From positions 124,001-188,000 of the forward strand of contig OZ024764.1 of the NCBI GenBank assembly GCA_964016885.1: 64,000 nucleotides of DNA. Reading direction: 5' to 3'. The stretch comes from Eledone cirrhosa. Lineage: Eukaryota. The translations under genes were made by a program, and so were the position numbers. Positions 1-11,870 of this stretch are shown piece by piece. Numbering within the stretch: position 1 is the stretch's first letter; each line of letters begins with the position of its first letter. A model generated the notes under the pieces. The model worked only from the letters and a program-made list of their open reading frames with translations. It searched no databases and was not told the DNA's origin.

Positions 1-2010
1 CTAAAGGGCTTCACTGATAGGGTTATGTGTTATAATTTCCCAGTTGACCTATACTAAAGGGCTTCACTGATAGGGTTATATGTTATAATTCCCCAGTTGA
101 CCTATACTAAAGGGCTTCACTGATAGGGTTATGTGTTATAATTCCCCAGTTGACCTATACTAAAGGGCTTCACTGATAGGGTTATGTGTTATAATTCCCC
201 AGTTGACCTATACTAAAGGGCTTCACTGATAGGGTTACATGTTATAATTTCCCTATTGACCTATACTAAAGGGCTTCACTGATAGGGTTATATGTGTTAT
301 AATTCCCCAGTTGACCTATACTAAAGGGCTTCACTGATAGGGTTATATGTTATAATTCCCCAGTTGACCTATACTAAAGGGCTTCACTGATAGGGTTATA
401 TGTTATAATTTCCCAGTTGACCTATACTAAAGGGCTTCACTGATAGGGTTATATGTGTTATAATTCCCCAGTTGACCTATACTAAAGGGCTTCACTGATA
501 GGGTTATATGTGTTATAATTCCCCAGTTGACCTATACTAAAGGGCTTCACTGATAGGGTTATATGTGTTATAATTCCCCAGTTGACCTATACTAAAGGGC
601 TTCACTGATAGGGTTATATGTTATAATTTCCCAGTTGACCTATACTAAAGGGCTTCACTGATAGGGTTATATGTGTTATAATTTCCCAGTTGACCTATAC
701 TAAAGGGCTTCGCTGATAGGGTTATATGTGTTATAATTCCCCAGTTGACCTATACTAAAGGGCTTCACTGATAGGGTTATATGTGTTATAATTCCCCAGT
801 TGACCTATACTAAAGGGCTTCACTGATAGGGTTATATGTTATAATTTCCCAGTTGACCTATACTAAAGGGCTTCACTGATAGGGTTATATGTGTTATAAT
901 TTCCCAGTTGACCTATACTAAAGGGCTTCACTGATAGGGTTATATGTGTTATAATTCCCCAGTTGACCTATACTAAAGGGCTTCACTGATAGGGTTATAT
1001 GTGTTATAATTTCCCAGTTGACCTATACTAAAGGGCTTCACTGATAGGGTTATATGTGTTATAATTTCCCAGTTGACCTATACTAAAGGGCTTCACTGAT
1101 AGGGTTATATGTGTTATAATTCCCCAGTTGACCTATACTAAAGGGCTTCACTGATAGGGTTATATGTTATAATTCCCCAGTTGACCTATACTAAAGGGCT
1201 TCACTGATAGGGTTATATGTTATAATTCCCCAGTTGACCTAAACTAAAGGGCTTCACTGATAGGGTTATATGTTATAATTCCCCAGTTGACCTATACTAA
1301 AGGACTTCACTGATAGGGTTATATGTTATAATTCCCCAGTTGACCTATACTAAAGGGCTTCACTGATAGGGTTATATGTTATAATTCCCCAGTTGACCTA
1401 TACTAAAGGGCTTCACTGATAGGGCTATATGTTATAATTCCCCAGTTGACCTATACTAAAGGGCTTCACTGATAGGGTTATATGTTATAATTCCCCAGTT
1501 GACCTATACTAAAGGACTTCACTGATAGGGTTATGTGTTATAATTCCCCAGTTGACCTATACTAAAGGGCTTCACTGATAGGGTTATATGTTATAATTCC
1601 CCAGTTGACCTATACTAAAGGGCTTCACTGATAGGGTTATATGTTATAATTTCCCAATTGACCTATACTAAAGGGCTTCACTGATAGGGTTATATGTTAT
1701 AATTCCCCAGTTGACCTATACTAAAGGACTTCACTGATAGGGTTATGTGTTATAATTCCCCAGTTGACCTATACTAAAGGGCTTCACTGATAGGGTTATA
1801 TGTTATAATTCCCCAGTTGACCTATACTAAAGGGCTTCACTGATAGGGTTATGTGTTATAATTCCCCAGTTGACCTATACTAAAGGGCTTCACTGATAGG
1901 GTTATATGTTATAATTCCCCAGTTGACCTATACTAAAGGGCTTCACTGATAGGGTTATATGTTATAATTTCCCAGTTGACCTATACTAAAGGGCTTCACT
2001 GATAGGGTTA
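1..2010. repeat. Higher-order block duplicated at ~6022-8030 (offset 6021)
   Basis: Rare variants share the same offset: GTTACATG at 238/6259, TTCGCTG at 712/6733, GACCTAAACT at 1242/7263. Confidence 0.9.
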
Positions 2011-3930
2011 TATGTTATAATTCCCCAGTTGACCTATATTAAAGGGCTTCACTGATAGGGTTGTGTGTGTTATAATTTCCCAGTTGACCTGTACTAAAGG
2101 GCTTCACTGATAGGGTTATATGTTATAATTCCCCAGTTGACCTATACTAAAGGACTTCACTGATAGGGTTATATGTTATAATTCCCCAGTTGACCTATAC
2201 TAAAGGACTTCACTGATAGGGTTATATGTTATAATTCCCCAGTTGACCTATACTAAAGGGCTTCACTGATAGGGTTATATGTTATAATTTCCCAGTTGAC
2301 CTATACTAACGGGCTTCACTGATAGGGTTATATGTTATAATTTCCCAGTTGACCTATACTAAAGGGCTTCACTGATAGGGTTATATGTTATAATTTCCCC
2401 AGTTGACCTATACTAAAGGGCTTCACTGATAGGGTTATATGTTATAATTTCCCAGTTGACCTATACTAAAGGGCTTCACTGATAGGGTTATATGTTATAA
2501 TTCCCCAGTTGACCTATACTAAAGGGTTTCACTGATAGGGTTATATGTTATAATTTCCCAGTTGACCTATACTAAAGGGCTTCACTGATAGGGTTATATG
2601 TTATAATTCCCCAGTTGACCTATACTAAAGGGCTTCACTGATAGGGTTATATGTTATAATTCCCCAGTTGACCTATACTAAAGGGTTTCACTGATAGGGT
2701 TATATGTTATAATTCCCCAGTTGGCCTATACTAAAGGGCCTCACTGATAGGGTTATATGTTATAATTCCCCAGTTGACCTATACTAAAGGGCTTCACTGA
2801 TAGGATTATGTGTTATAATTCCCCAGTTGACCTATACTAAAGGGCTTCACTGGTAGGGTTATATGTTATAATTCCCTAGTTGACCTATACTAAAGGCTTC
2901 ACTGATAGGGTTATATGTTATAATTCCCCAGTTGACCTATACTAAAGGACTTCACTGATAGGGTTATATGTTATAATTCCCCAGTTGACCTATACTAAAG
3001 GGCTTCACTGATAGGGTTATATGTTATAATTCCCCAGTTGACCTATACTAAAGGGCTTCACTGATAGGATTATGTGTTATAATTCCCCAGTTGACCTATA
3101 CTAAAGGGCTTCACTGATAGGGTTATATGTTATAATTCCCTAGTTGACCTATACTAAAGGGCTTCACTGATAGGGTTATATGTTATAATTCCCCAGTTGA
3201 CCTATACTAAAGGACTTCACTGGTAGGGTTATATGTTATAATTCCCCAGTTGACCTATACTAAAGGGCTTCACTGATAGGGTTATATGTTATAATTCCCC
3301 AGTTGACCTATACTAAAGGGCTTCACTGATAGGGTTATGTGTTATAATTCCCCAGTTGACCTATACTAAGGGGCTTCACTGATAGGGTTATATGTTATAA
3401 TTCCCCAGTTGACCTATACTAAAGGACTTCACTGATAGGGTTATATGTTATAATTCCCCAGTTGACCTATACTAAAGGGCTTCACTAATAGGGTTATATG
3501 TTATAATTCCCCAGTTGACCTATACTAAAGGACTTCACTGATAGGGTTATATGTTATAATTCCCCAGTTGACCTATACTAAAGGGCTTCACTGATAGGGT
3601 TATATGTTATAATTCCCCAGTTGACCTATACTAAAGGGCTTCACTGATAGGGTTATATGTTATAATTTCCCAGTTGACCTATACTAAAGGGCTTCACTGA
3701 TAGGGTTATATGTTATAATTTCCCAGTTGACCTATACTAAAGGACTTCACTGATAGGGTTATATGTTATAATTCCCCAGTTGACCTATACTAAAGGGCTT
3801 CACTGATAGGGTTATATGTTATAATTCCCCAGTTGACCTATACTAAAGGACTTCACTGATAGGGTTATATGTTATAATTCCCCAGTTGACCTATACTAAA
3901 GGGCTTCACTGATAGGGTTATATGTTATAA
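2010..3930. repeat. ~1.9-kb segment duplicated at ~23280-25150 (offset 21273, then 21219 after loss of one 54-bp monomer)
   Basis: Markers: CCTATATT 2039/23312, the 1-bp-deleted AAAGGCTTC 2892/24111, CACTAATA 3487/24706. Confidence 0.85.
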
Positions 3931-5150
3931 TTCCCCAGTTGACCTATACTAAAGGGCTTCACTGATAGGGTTATATGTTATAATATCCCAGTTGACCTAT
4001 ACTAAAGGGCTTCACTGATAGGGTTATATGTTATAATTCCCCAGTTGACCTATACTAAAGGGCTTCACTGATAGGGTTATATGTTATAATTCCCCAGTTG
4101 ACCTATACTAAAGGGCTTCACTGATAGGGTTATATGTTATAATTCCCCAGTTGACCTATACTAAAGGGCTTCACTGATAGGGTTATATGTTATAATTTCC
4201 CAGTTGACCTATACTAAAGGGCTTCACTGATAGGGTTATATGTTATAATTCCCCAGTTGACCTATACTAAAGGGCTTCACTGATAGGGTTATATGTTATA
4301 ATTTCCCAGTTGACCTATACTAAAGGGCTTCACTGATAGGGTTATATGTTATAATTCCCCAGTTGACCTATACTAAAGGGCTTCACTGATAGGGTTATAT
4401 GTTATAATTCCCCAGTTGACCTATACTAAAGGGCTTCACTGATAGGGTTATATGTTATAATTCCCCAGTTGACCTATACTAAAGGGCTTCACTGATAGGG
4501 TTATATGTTATAATTTCCCAGTTGACCTATACTAAAGGGCTTCACTGATAGGGTTATATGTTATAATTCCCCAGTTGACCTATACTAAAGGGCTTCACTG
4601 ATAGGGTTATATGTTATAATTCCCCAGTTGACCTATACTAAAGGGCTTCACTGATAGGGTTATATGTTATAATTTCCCAGTTGACCTATACTAAAGGGCT
4701 TCACTGATAGGGTTATATGTTATAATTCCCCAGTTGACCTATACTAAAGGGCTTCACTGATAGGGTTATATGTTATAATTCCCCAGTTGACCTATACTAA
4801 AGGGCTTCACTGATAGGGTTATATGTTATAATTCCCCAGTTGACCTATACTAAAGGGCTTCACTGATAGGGTTATATGTTATAATTCCCCAGTTGACCTA
4901 TACTAAAGGGCTTCACTGATAGGGTTATATGTTATAATTCCCCAGTTGACCTATACTAAAGGGCTTCACTGATAGGGTTATATGTTATAATTCCCCAGTT
5001 GACCTATACTAAAGGGCTTCACTGATAGGGATATATGTTATAATTTCCCAGTTGACCTATACTAAAGGGCTTCACTGATAGGGTTATTTGTTATAATTCC
5101 CCAGTTGACCTATACTAAAGGGCTTCACTGATAGGGATATGTGTGTTATA
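3100..5150. repeat. ~2-kb segment duplicated at ~11900-13950 (offset 8803)
   Basis: Markers: CACTAATA 3487/12290, AATATCCC 3985/12788, GGGATATATG 5031/13834. Confidence 0.88.
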
Positions 5151-5959
5151 ATTCCCCAGTTGACCTATACTAAAGGGCTTCACTGATAGGGTTATTTGTT
5201 ATAATTCCCCAGTTGACCTATACTAAAGGGCTTCACTGATAGGGATATGTGTGTTATAATTCCCCAGTTGACCTATACTAAAGGGCTTCACTGATAGGGT
5301 TATATGTGTTATAATTCCCCAGTTGACCTATACTAAAGGGCTTCACTGATAGGGTTATATGTTATAATTTCCCAGTTGACCTATACTAAAGGACTTCACT
5401 GATAGGGATATATGTTATAATTTCCCAGTTGACCTATACTAAAGGACTTCACTGATAGGGATATATGTTATAATTTCCCAGTTGACCTATACTAAAGGTC
5501 TTCACTGATAGGGATATATGTTATAATTTCCCAGTTGACCTATACTAAAGGGCTTCACTGATAGGGTTATATGTTATAATTTCCCAGTTGACCTATACTA
5601 AAGGTCTTCACTGATAGGGTTATATGTTATAATTTCCCAGTTGACCTATACTAAAGGTCTTCACTGATAGGGTTATATGTTATAATTCCCCAGTTGACCT
5701 ATACTAAAGGTCTTCACTGATAGGGTTATATGTTATAATTCCCTAGTTGACCTATACTAAAGGGCTTCACTGATAGGGTTATATGTTACAATTCCCCAGT
5801 TGACCTATACTAAAGGGTTTCACTGATAGGGTTATATGTTATAATTCCCCAGTTGACCTATACTAAAGGGCTTCACTGATAGGGTTATATGTTATAATTC
5901 CCCAGTTGACCTATACTAAAGGGCTTCACTGATAGGGTTATATGTTATAATTTCCCAGT

Positions 5960-8900
5960 TGACCTATACTAAAGGTCTTCACTGATAGGGTTATATGTTA
6001 TAATTCCCCAGTTGACCTATACTAAAGGGCTTCACTGATAGGGTTATGTGTTATAATTTCCCAGTTGACCTATACTAAAGGGCTTCACTGATAGGGTTAT
6101 ATGTTATAATTCCCCAGTTGACCTATACTAAAGGGCTTCACTGATAGGGTTATGTGTTATAATTCCCCAGTTGACCTATACTAAAGGGCTTCACTGATAG
6201 GGTTATGTGTTATAATTCCCCAGTTGACCTATACTAAAGGGCTTCACTGATAGGGTTACATGTTATAATTTCCCTATTGACCTATACTAAAGGGCTTCAC
6301 TGATAGGGTTATATGTGTTATAATTCCCCAGTTGACCTATACTAAAGGGCTTCACTGATAGGGTTATATGTTATAATTCCCCAGTTGACCTATACTAAAG
6401 GGCTTCACTGATAGGGTTATATGTTATAATTTCCCAGTTGACCTATACTAAAGGGCTTCACTGATAGGGTTATATGTGTTATAATTCCCCAGTTGACCTA
6501 TACTAAAGGGCTTCACTGATAGGGTTATATGTGTTATAATTCCCCAGTTGACCTATACTAAAGGGCTTCACTGATAGGGTTATATGTGTTATAATTCCCC
6601 AGTTGACCTATACTAAAGGGCTTCACTGATAGGGTTATATGTTATAATTTCCCAGTTGACCTATACTAAAGGGCTTCACTGATAGGGTTATATGTGTTAT
6701 AATTTCCCAGTTGACCTATACTAAAGGGCTTCGCTGATAGGGTTATATGTGTTATAATTCCCCAGTTGACCTATACTAAAGGGCTTCACTGATAGGGTTA
6801 TATGTGTTATAATTCCCCAGTTGACCTATACTAAAGGGCTTCACTGATAGGGTTATATGTTATAATTTCCCAGTTGACCTATACTAAAGGGCTTCACTGA
6901 TAGGGTTATATGTGTTATAATTTCCCAGTTGACCTATACTAAAGGGCTTCACTGATAGGGTTATATGTGTTATAATTCCCCAGTTGACCTATACTAAAGG
7001 GCTTCACTGATAGGGTTATATGTGTTATAATTTCCCAGTTGACCTATACTAAAGGGCTTCACTGATAGGGTTATATGTGTTATAATTTCCCAGTTGACCT
7101 ATACTAAAGGGCTTCACTGATAGGGTTATATGTGTTATAATTCCCCAGTTGACCTATACTAAAGGGCTTCACTGATAGGGTTATATGTTATAATTCCCCA
7201 GTTGACCTATACTAAAGGGCTTCACTGATAGGGTTATATGTTATAATTCCCCAGTTGACCTAAACTAAAGGGCTTCACTGATAGGGTTATATGTTATAAT
7301 TCCCCAGTTGACCTATACTAAAGGACTTCACTGATAGGGTTATATGTTATAATTCCCCAGTTGACCTATACTAAAGGGCTTCACTGATAGGGTTATATGT
7401 TATAATTCCCCAGTTGACCTATACTAAAGGGCTTCACTGATAGGGCTATATGTTATAATTCCCCAGTTGACCTATACTAAAGGGCTTCACTGATAGGGTT
7501 ATATGTTATAATTCCCCAGTTGACCTATACTAAAGGACTTCACTGATAGGGTTATGTGTTATAATTCCCCAGTTGACCTATACTAAAGGGCTTCACTGAT
7601 AGGGTTATATGTTATAATTCCCCAGTTGACCTATACTAAAGGGCTTCACTGATAGGGTTATATGTTATAATTTCCCAATTGACCTATACTAAAGGGCTTC
7701 ACTGATAGGGTTATATGTTATAATTCCCCAGTTGACCTATACTAAAGGACTTCACTGATAGGGTTATGTGTTATAATTCCCCAGTTGACCTATACTAAAG
7801 GGCTTCACTGATAGGGTTATATGTTATAATTCCCCAGTTGACCTATACTAAAGGGCTTCACTGATAGGGTTATGTGTTATAATTCCCCAGTTGACCTATA
7901 CTAAAGGGCTTCACTGATAGGGTTATATGTTATAATTCCCCAGTTGACCTATACTAAAGGGCTTCACTGATAGGGTTATATGTTATAATTTCCCAGTTGA
8001 CCTATACTAAAGGGCTTCACTGATAGGGTTACATGTGTTATAATTCCCCAGTTGACCTATACTAAGGGGCTTCACTGATAGGGTTATATGTTATAATTCC
8101 CCAGTTGACCTATACTAAAGGACTTCACTGATAGGGTTATATGTTATAATTCCCCAGTTGACCTATACTAAAGGGCTTCACTGATAGGGTTATATGTTAT
8201 AATTCCCCAGTTGACCTATACTAAAGGGTTTCACTGATAGGGTTATATGTTATAATTCCCCAGTTGGCCTATACTAAAGGGCTTCACTGATAGGGTTATA
8301 TGTTATAATTCCCCAGTTGACCTATACTAAAGGGCTTCACTGATAGGGTTATATGTTATAATTTCCCAGTTGACCTATACTAAAGGGCTTCACTGATAGG
8401 GTTATATGTTATAATTCCCCAGTTGACCTATACTAAAGGGCTTCACTGTTAGGGTTATATGTTATAATTCCCCAGTTGACCTATACTAAAGGGCTTCACT
8501 GATAGGGTTATATGTTATAATACCCCAGTTGACCTATACTAAAGGGCTTCACTGATAGGGTTATATGTTATAATTTCCCAGTTGACCTATACTAAAGGGC
8601 TTCACTGATAGGGTTATATGTTATAATTTCCCAGTTGACCTATACTAAAGGGCTTCACTGATAGGGTTATATGTTATAATTTCCCCAGTTGACCTATACT
8701 AAAGGGCTTCACTGATAGGGTTATATGTTATAATTTCCCAGTTGACCTATACTAAAGGGCTTCACTGATAGGGTTATATGTTATAATTCCCCAGTTGACC
8801 TATATTAAAGGGCTTCACTGATAGGGTTGTGTGTGTTATAATTTCCCAGTTGACCTGTACTAAAGGGCTTCACTGATAGGGTTATATGTTATAATTCCCC

Positions 8901-11870
8901 AGTTGACCTATACTAAAGGACTTCACTGATAGGGTTATATGTTATAATTCCCCAGTTGACCTATACTAAAGGGCTTCACTGATAGGGTTATATGTTATAA
9001 TTTCCCAGTTGACCTATACTAACGGGCTTCACTGATAGGGTTATATGTTATAATTTCCCAGTTGACCTATACTAAAGGGCTTCACTGATAGGGTTATATT
9101 TTATAATTTCCCCAGTTGACCTATACTAAAGGGCTTCACTGATAGGGTTATATGTTATAATTTCCCAGTTGACCTATACTAAAGGGCTTCACTGATAGGG
9201 TTATATGTTATAATTCCCCAGTTGACCTATACTAAAGGGTTTCACTGATAGGGTTATATGTTATAATTTCCCAGTTGACCTATACTAAAGGGCTTCACTG
9301 ATAGGGTTATATGTTATAATTCCCCAGTTGACCTATACTAAAGGGCTTCACTGATAGGGTTATATGTTATAATTCCCCAGTTGACCTATACTAAAGGGTT
9401 TCACTGATAGGGTTATATGTTATAATTCCCCAGTTGGCCTATACTAAAGGGCCTCACTGATAGGGTTATATGTTATAATTCCCCAGTTGACCTATACTAA
9501 AGGGCTTCACTGATAGGATTATGTGTTATAATTCCCCAGTTGACCTATACTAAAGGGCTTCACTGGTAGGGTTATATGTTATAATTCCCTAGTTGACCTA
9601 TACTAAAGGGCTTCACTGATAGGGTTATATGTTATAATTCCCCAGTTGACCTATACTAAAGGACTTCACTGATAGGGTTATATGTTATAATTCCCCAGTT
9701 GACCTATACTAAAGGGCTTCACTGATAGGGTTATATGTTATAATTCCCCAGTTGACCTATACTAAAGGGCTTCACTGATAGGATTATGTGTTATAATTCC
9801 CCAGTTGACCTATACTAAAGGGCTTCACTGATAGGGTTATATGTTATAATTCCCTAGTTGACCTATACTAAAGGGCTTCACTGATAGGGTTATATGTTAT
9901 AATTCCCCAGTTGACCTATACTAAAGGACTTCACTGATAGGGTTATATGTTATAATTCCCCAGTTGACCTATACTAAAGGGCTTCACTGATAGGGTTATA
10001 TGTTATAATTCCCCAGTTGACCTATACTAAAGGGCTTCACTGATAGGGTTATGTGTTATAATTCCCCAGTTGACCTATACTAAGGGGCTTCACTGATAGG
10101 GTTATATGTTATAATTCCCCAGTTGACCTATACTAAAGGACTTCACTGATAGGGTTATATGTTATAATTCCCCAGTTGACCTATACTAAAGGGCTTCACT
10201 GATAGGGTTATATGTTATAATTCCCCAGTTGACCTATACTAAAGGACTTCACTGATAGGGTTATATGTTATAATTCCCCAGTTGACCTATACTAAAGGGC
10301 TTCACTGATAGGGTTATATGTTATAATTCCCCAGTTGACCTATACTAAAGGGCTTCACTGATAGGGTTATATGTTATAATTTCCCAGTTGACCTATACTA
10401 AAGGGCTTCACTGATAGGGTTATATGTGTTATAATTCCCCAGTTGACCTATACTAAAGGGCTTCACTGATAGGGTTATATGTGTTATAATTCCCCAGTTG
10501 ACCTATACTAAAGGGCTTCACTGATAGGGTTATATGTGTTATAATTCCCCAGTTGACCTATACTAAAGGGCTTCACTGATAGGGTTATATGTTATAATTT
10601 CCCAGTTGACCTATACTAAAGGGCTTCACTGATAGGGTTATATGTGTTATAATTTCCCAGTTGACCTATACTAAAGGGCTTCGCTGATAGGGTTATATGT
10701 GTTATAATTCCCCAGTTGACCTATACTAAAGGGCTTCACTGATAGGGTTATATGTGTTATAATTCCCCAGTTGACCTATACTAAAGGGCTTCACTGATAG
10801 GGTTATATGTGTTATAATTTCCCAGTTGACCTATACTAAAGGGCTTCACTGATAGGGTTATATGTGTTATAATTTCCCAGTTGACCTATACTAAAGGGCT
10901 TCACTGATAGGGTTATATGTGTTATAATTCCCCAGTTGACCTATACTAAAGGGCTTCACTGATAGGGTTATATGTTATAATTCCCCAGTTGACCTATACT
11001 AAAGGGCTTCACTGATAGGGTTATATGTTATAATTCCCCAGTTGACCTAAACTAAAGGGCTTCACTGATAGGGTTATATGTTATAATTCCCCAGTTGACC
11101 TATACTAAAGGACTTCACTGATAGGGTTATATGTTATAATTCCCCAGTTGACCTATACTAAAGGGCTTCACTGATAGGGTTATATGTTATAATTCCCCAG
11201 TTGACCTATACTAAAGGGCTTCACTGATAGGGCTATATGTTATAATTCCCCAGTTGACCTATACTAAAGGGCTTCACTGATAGGGTTATATGTTATAATT
11301 CCCCAGTTGACCTATACTAAAGGACTTCACTGATAGGGTTATGTGTTATAATTCCCCAGTTGACCTATACTAAAGGGCTTCACTGATAGGGTTATATGTT
11401 ATAATTCCCCAGTTGACCTATACTAAAGGGCTTCACTGATAGGGTTATATGTTATAATTTCCCAATTGACCTATACTAAAGGGCTTCACTGATAGGGTTA
11501 TATGTTATAATTCCCCAGTTGACCTATACTAAAGGACTTCACTGATAGGGTTATGTGTTATAATTCCCCAGTTGACCTATACTAAAGGGCTTCACTGATA
11601 GGGTTATATGTTATAATTCCCCAGTTGACCTATACTAAAGGGCTTCACTGATAGGGTTATGTGTTATAATTCCCCAGTTGACCTATACTAAAGGGCTTCA
11701 CTGATAGGGTTATATGTTATAATTCCCCAGTTGACCTATACTAAAGGGCTTCACTGATAGGGTTATATGTTATAATTTCCCAGTTGACCTATACTAAAGG
11801 GCTTCACTGATAGGGTTACATGTGTTATAATTCCTCAGTTGACCTATACTAAGGGGCTTCACTGATAGGG
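5960..11870. repeat. ~5.9-kb segment duplicated at ~16520-22590 (offset 10558/10557, then 10720 after a 163-bp, 3-monomer indel)
   Basis: Markers: GGTCT 5976/16534, TTACAT 6259/16817, TTCGCT 6733/17291 and 10683/21240, TTATATTTTA 9100/19657, TTCCTCAG 11835/22555. Confidence 0.9.

Noticed and set aside
43-61. Resemblance of GACCTATA...AAAGG to the Plasmodium falciparum rep20 subtelomeric repeat
   Set aside because: rep20 has a degenerate 21-bp period, whereas this array has a homogeneous 53-bp period. The similarity is a short recalled motif that I cannot verify.
48-75. Hairpin, structured RNA or terminator from CCTAT...ATAGG, and the TTATAA palindrome
   Set aside because: The stems are only 5-6 bp with a long loop, expected by chance. 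I saw no compensatory variants, no U-tract, and no tRNA, 5S or ribozyme motif.
44-89. TTGACC as a -35 box paired with TATACT or TATAAT
   Set aside because: TATACT follows with no spacer and TATAAT is 34 bp away; neither fits the 16-18 bp requirement.
1-110. G-quadruplex or i-motif array
   Set aside because: The plus strand has two GGG tracts per monomer with 11-nt and 36-nt loops, and the minus strand has one G3-4 tract per 53 bp. The loops are too long for a canonical G4.
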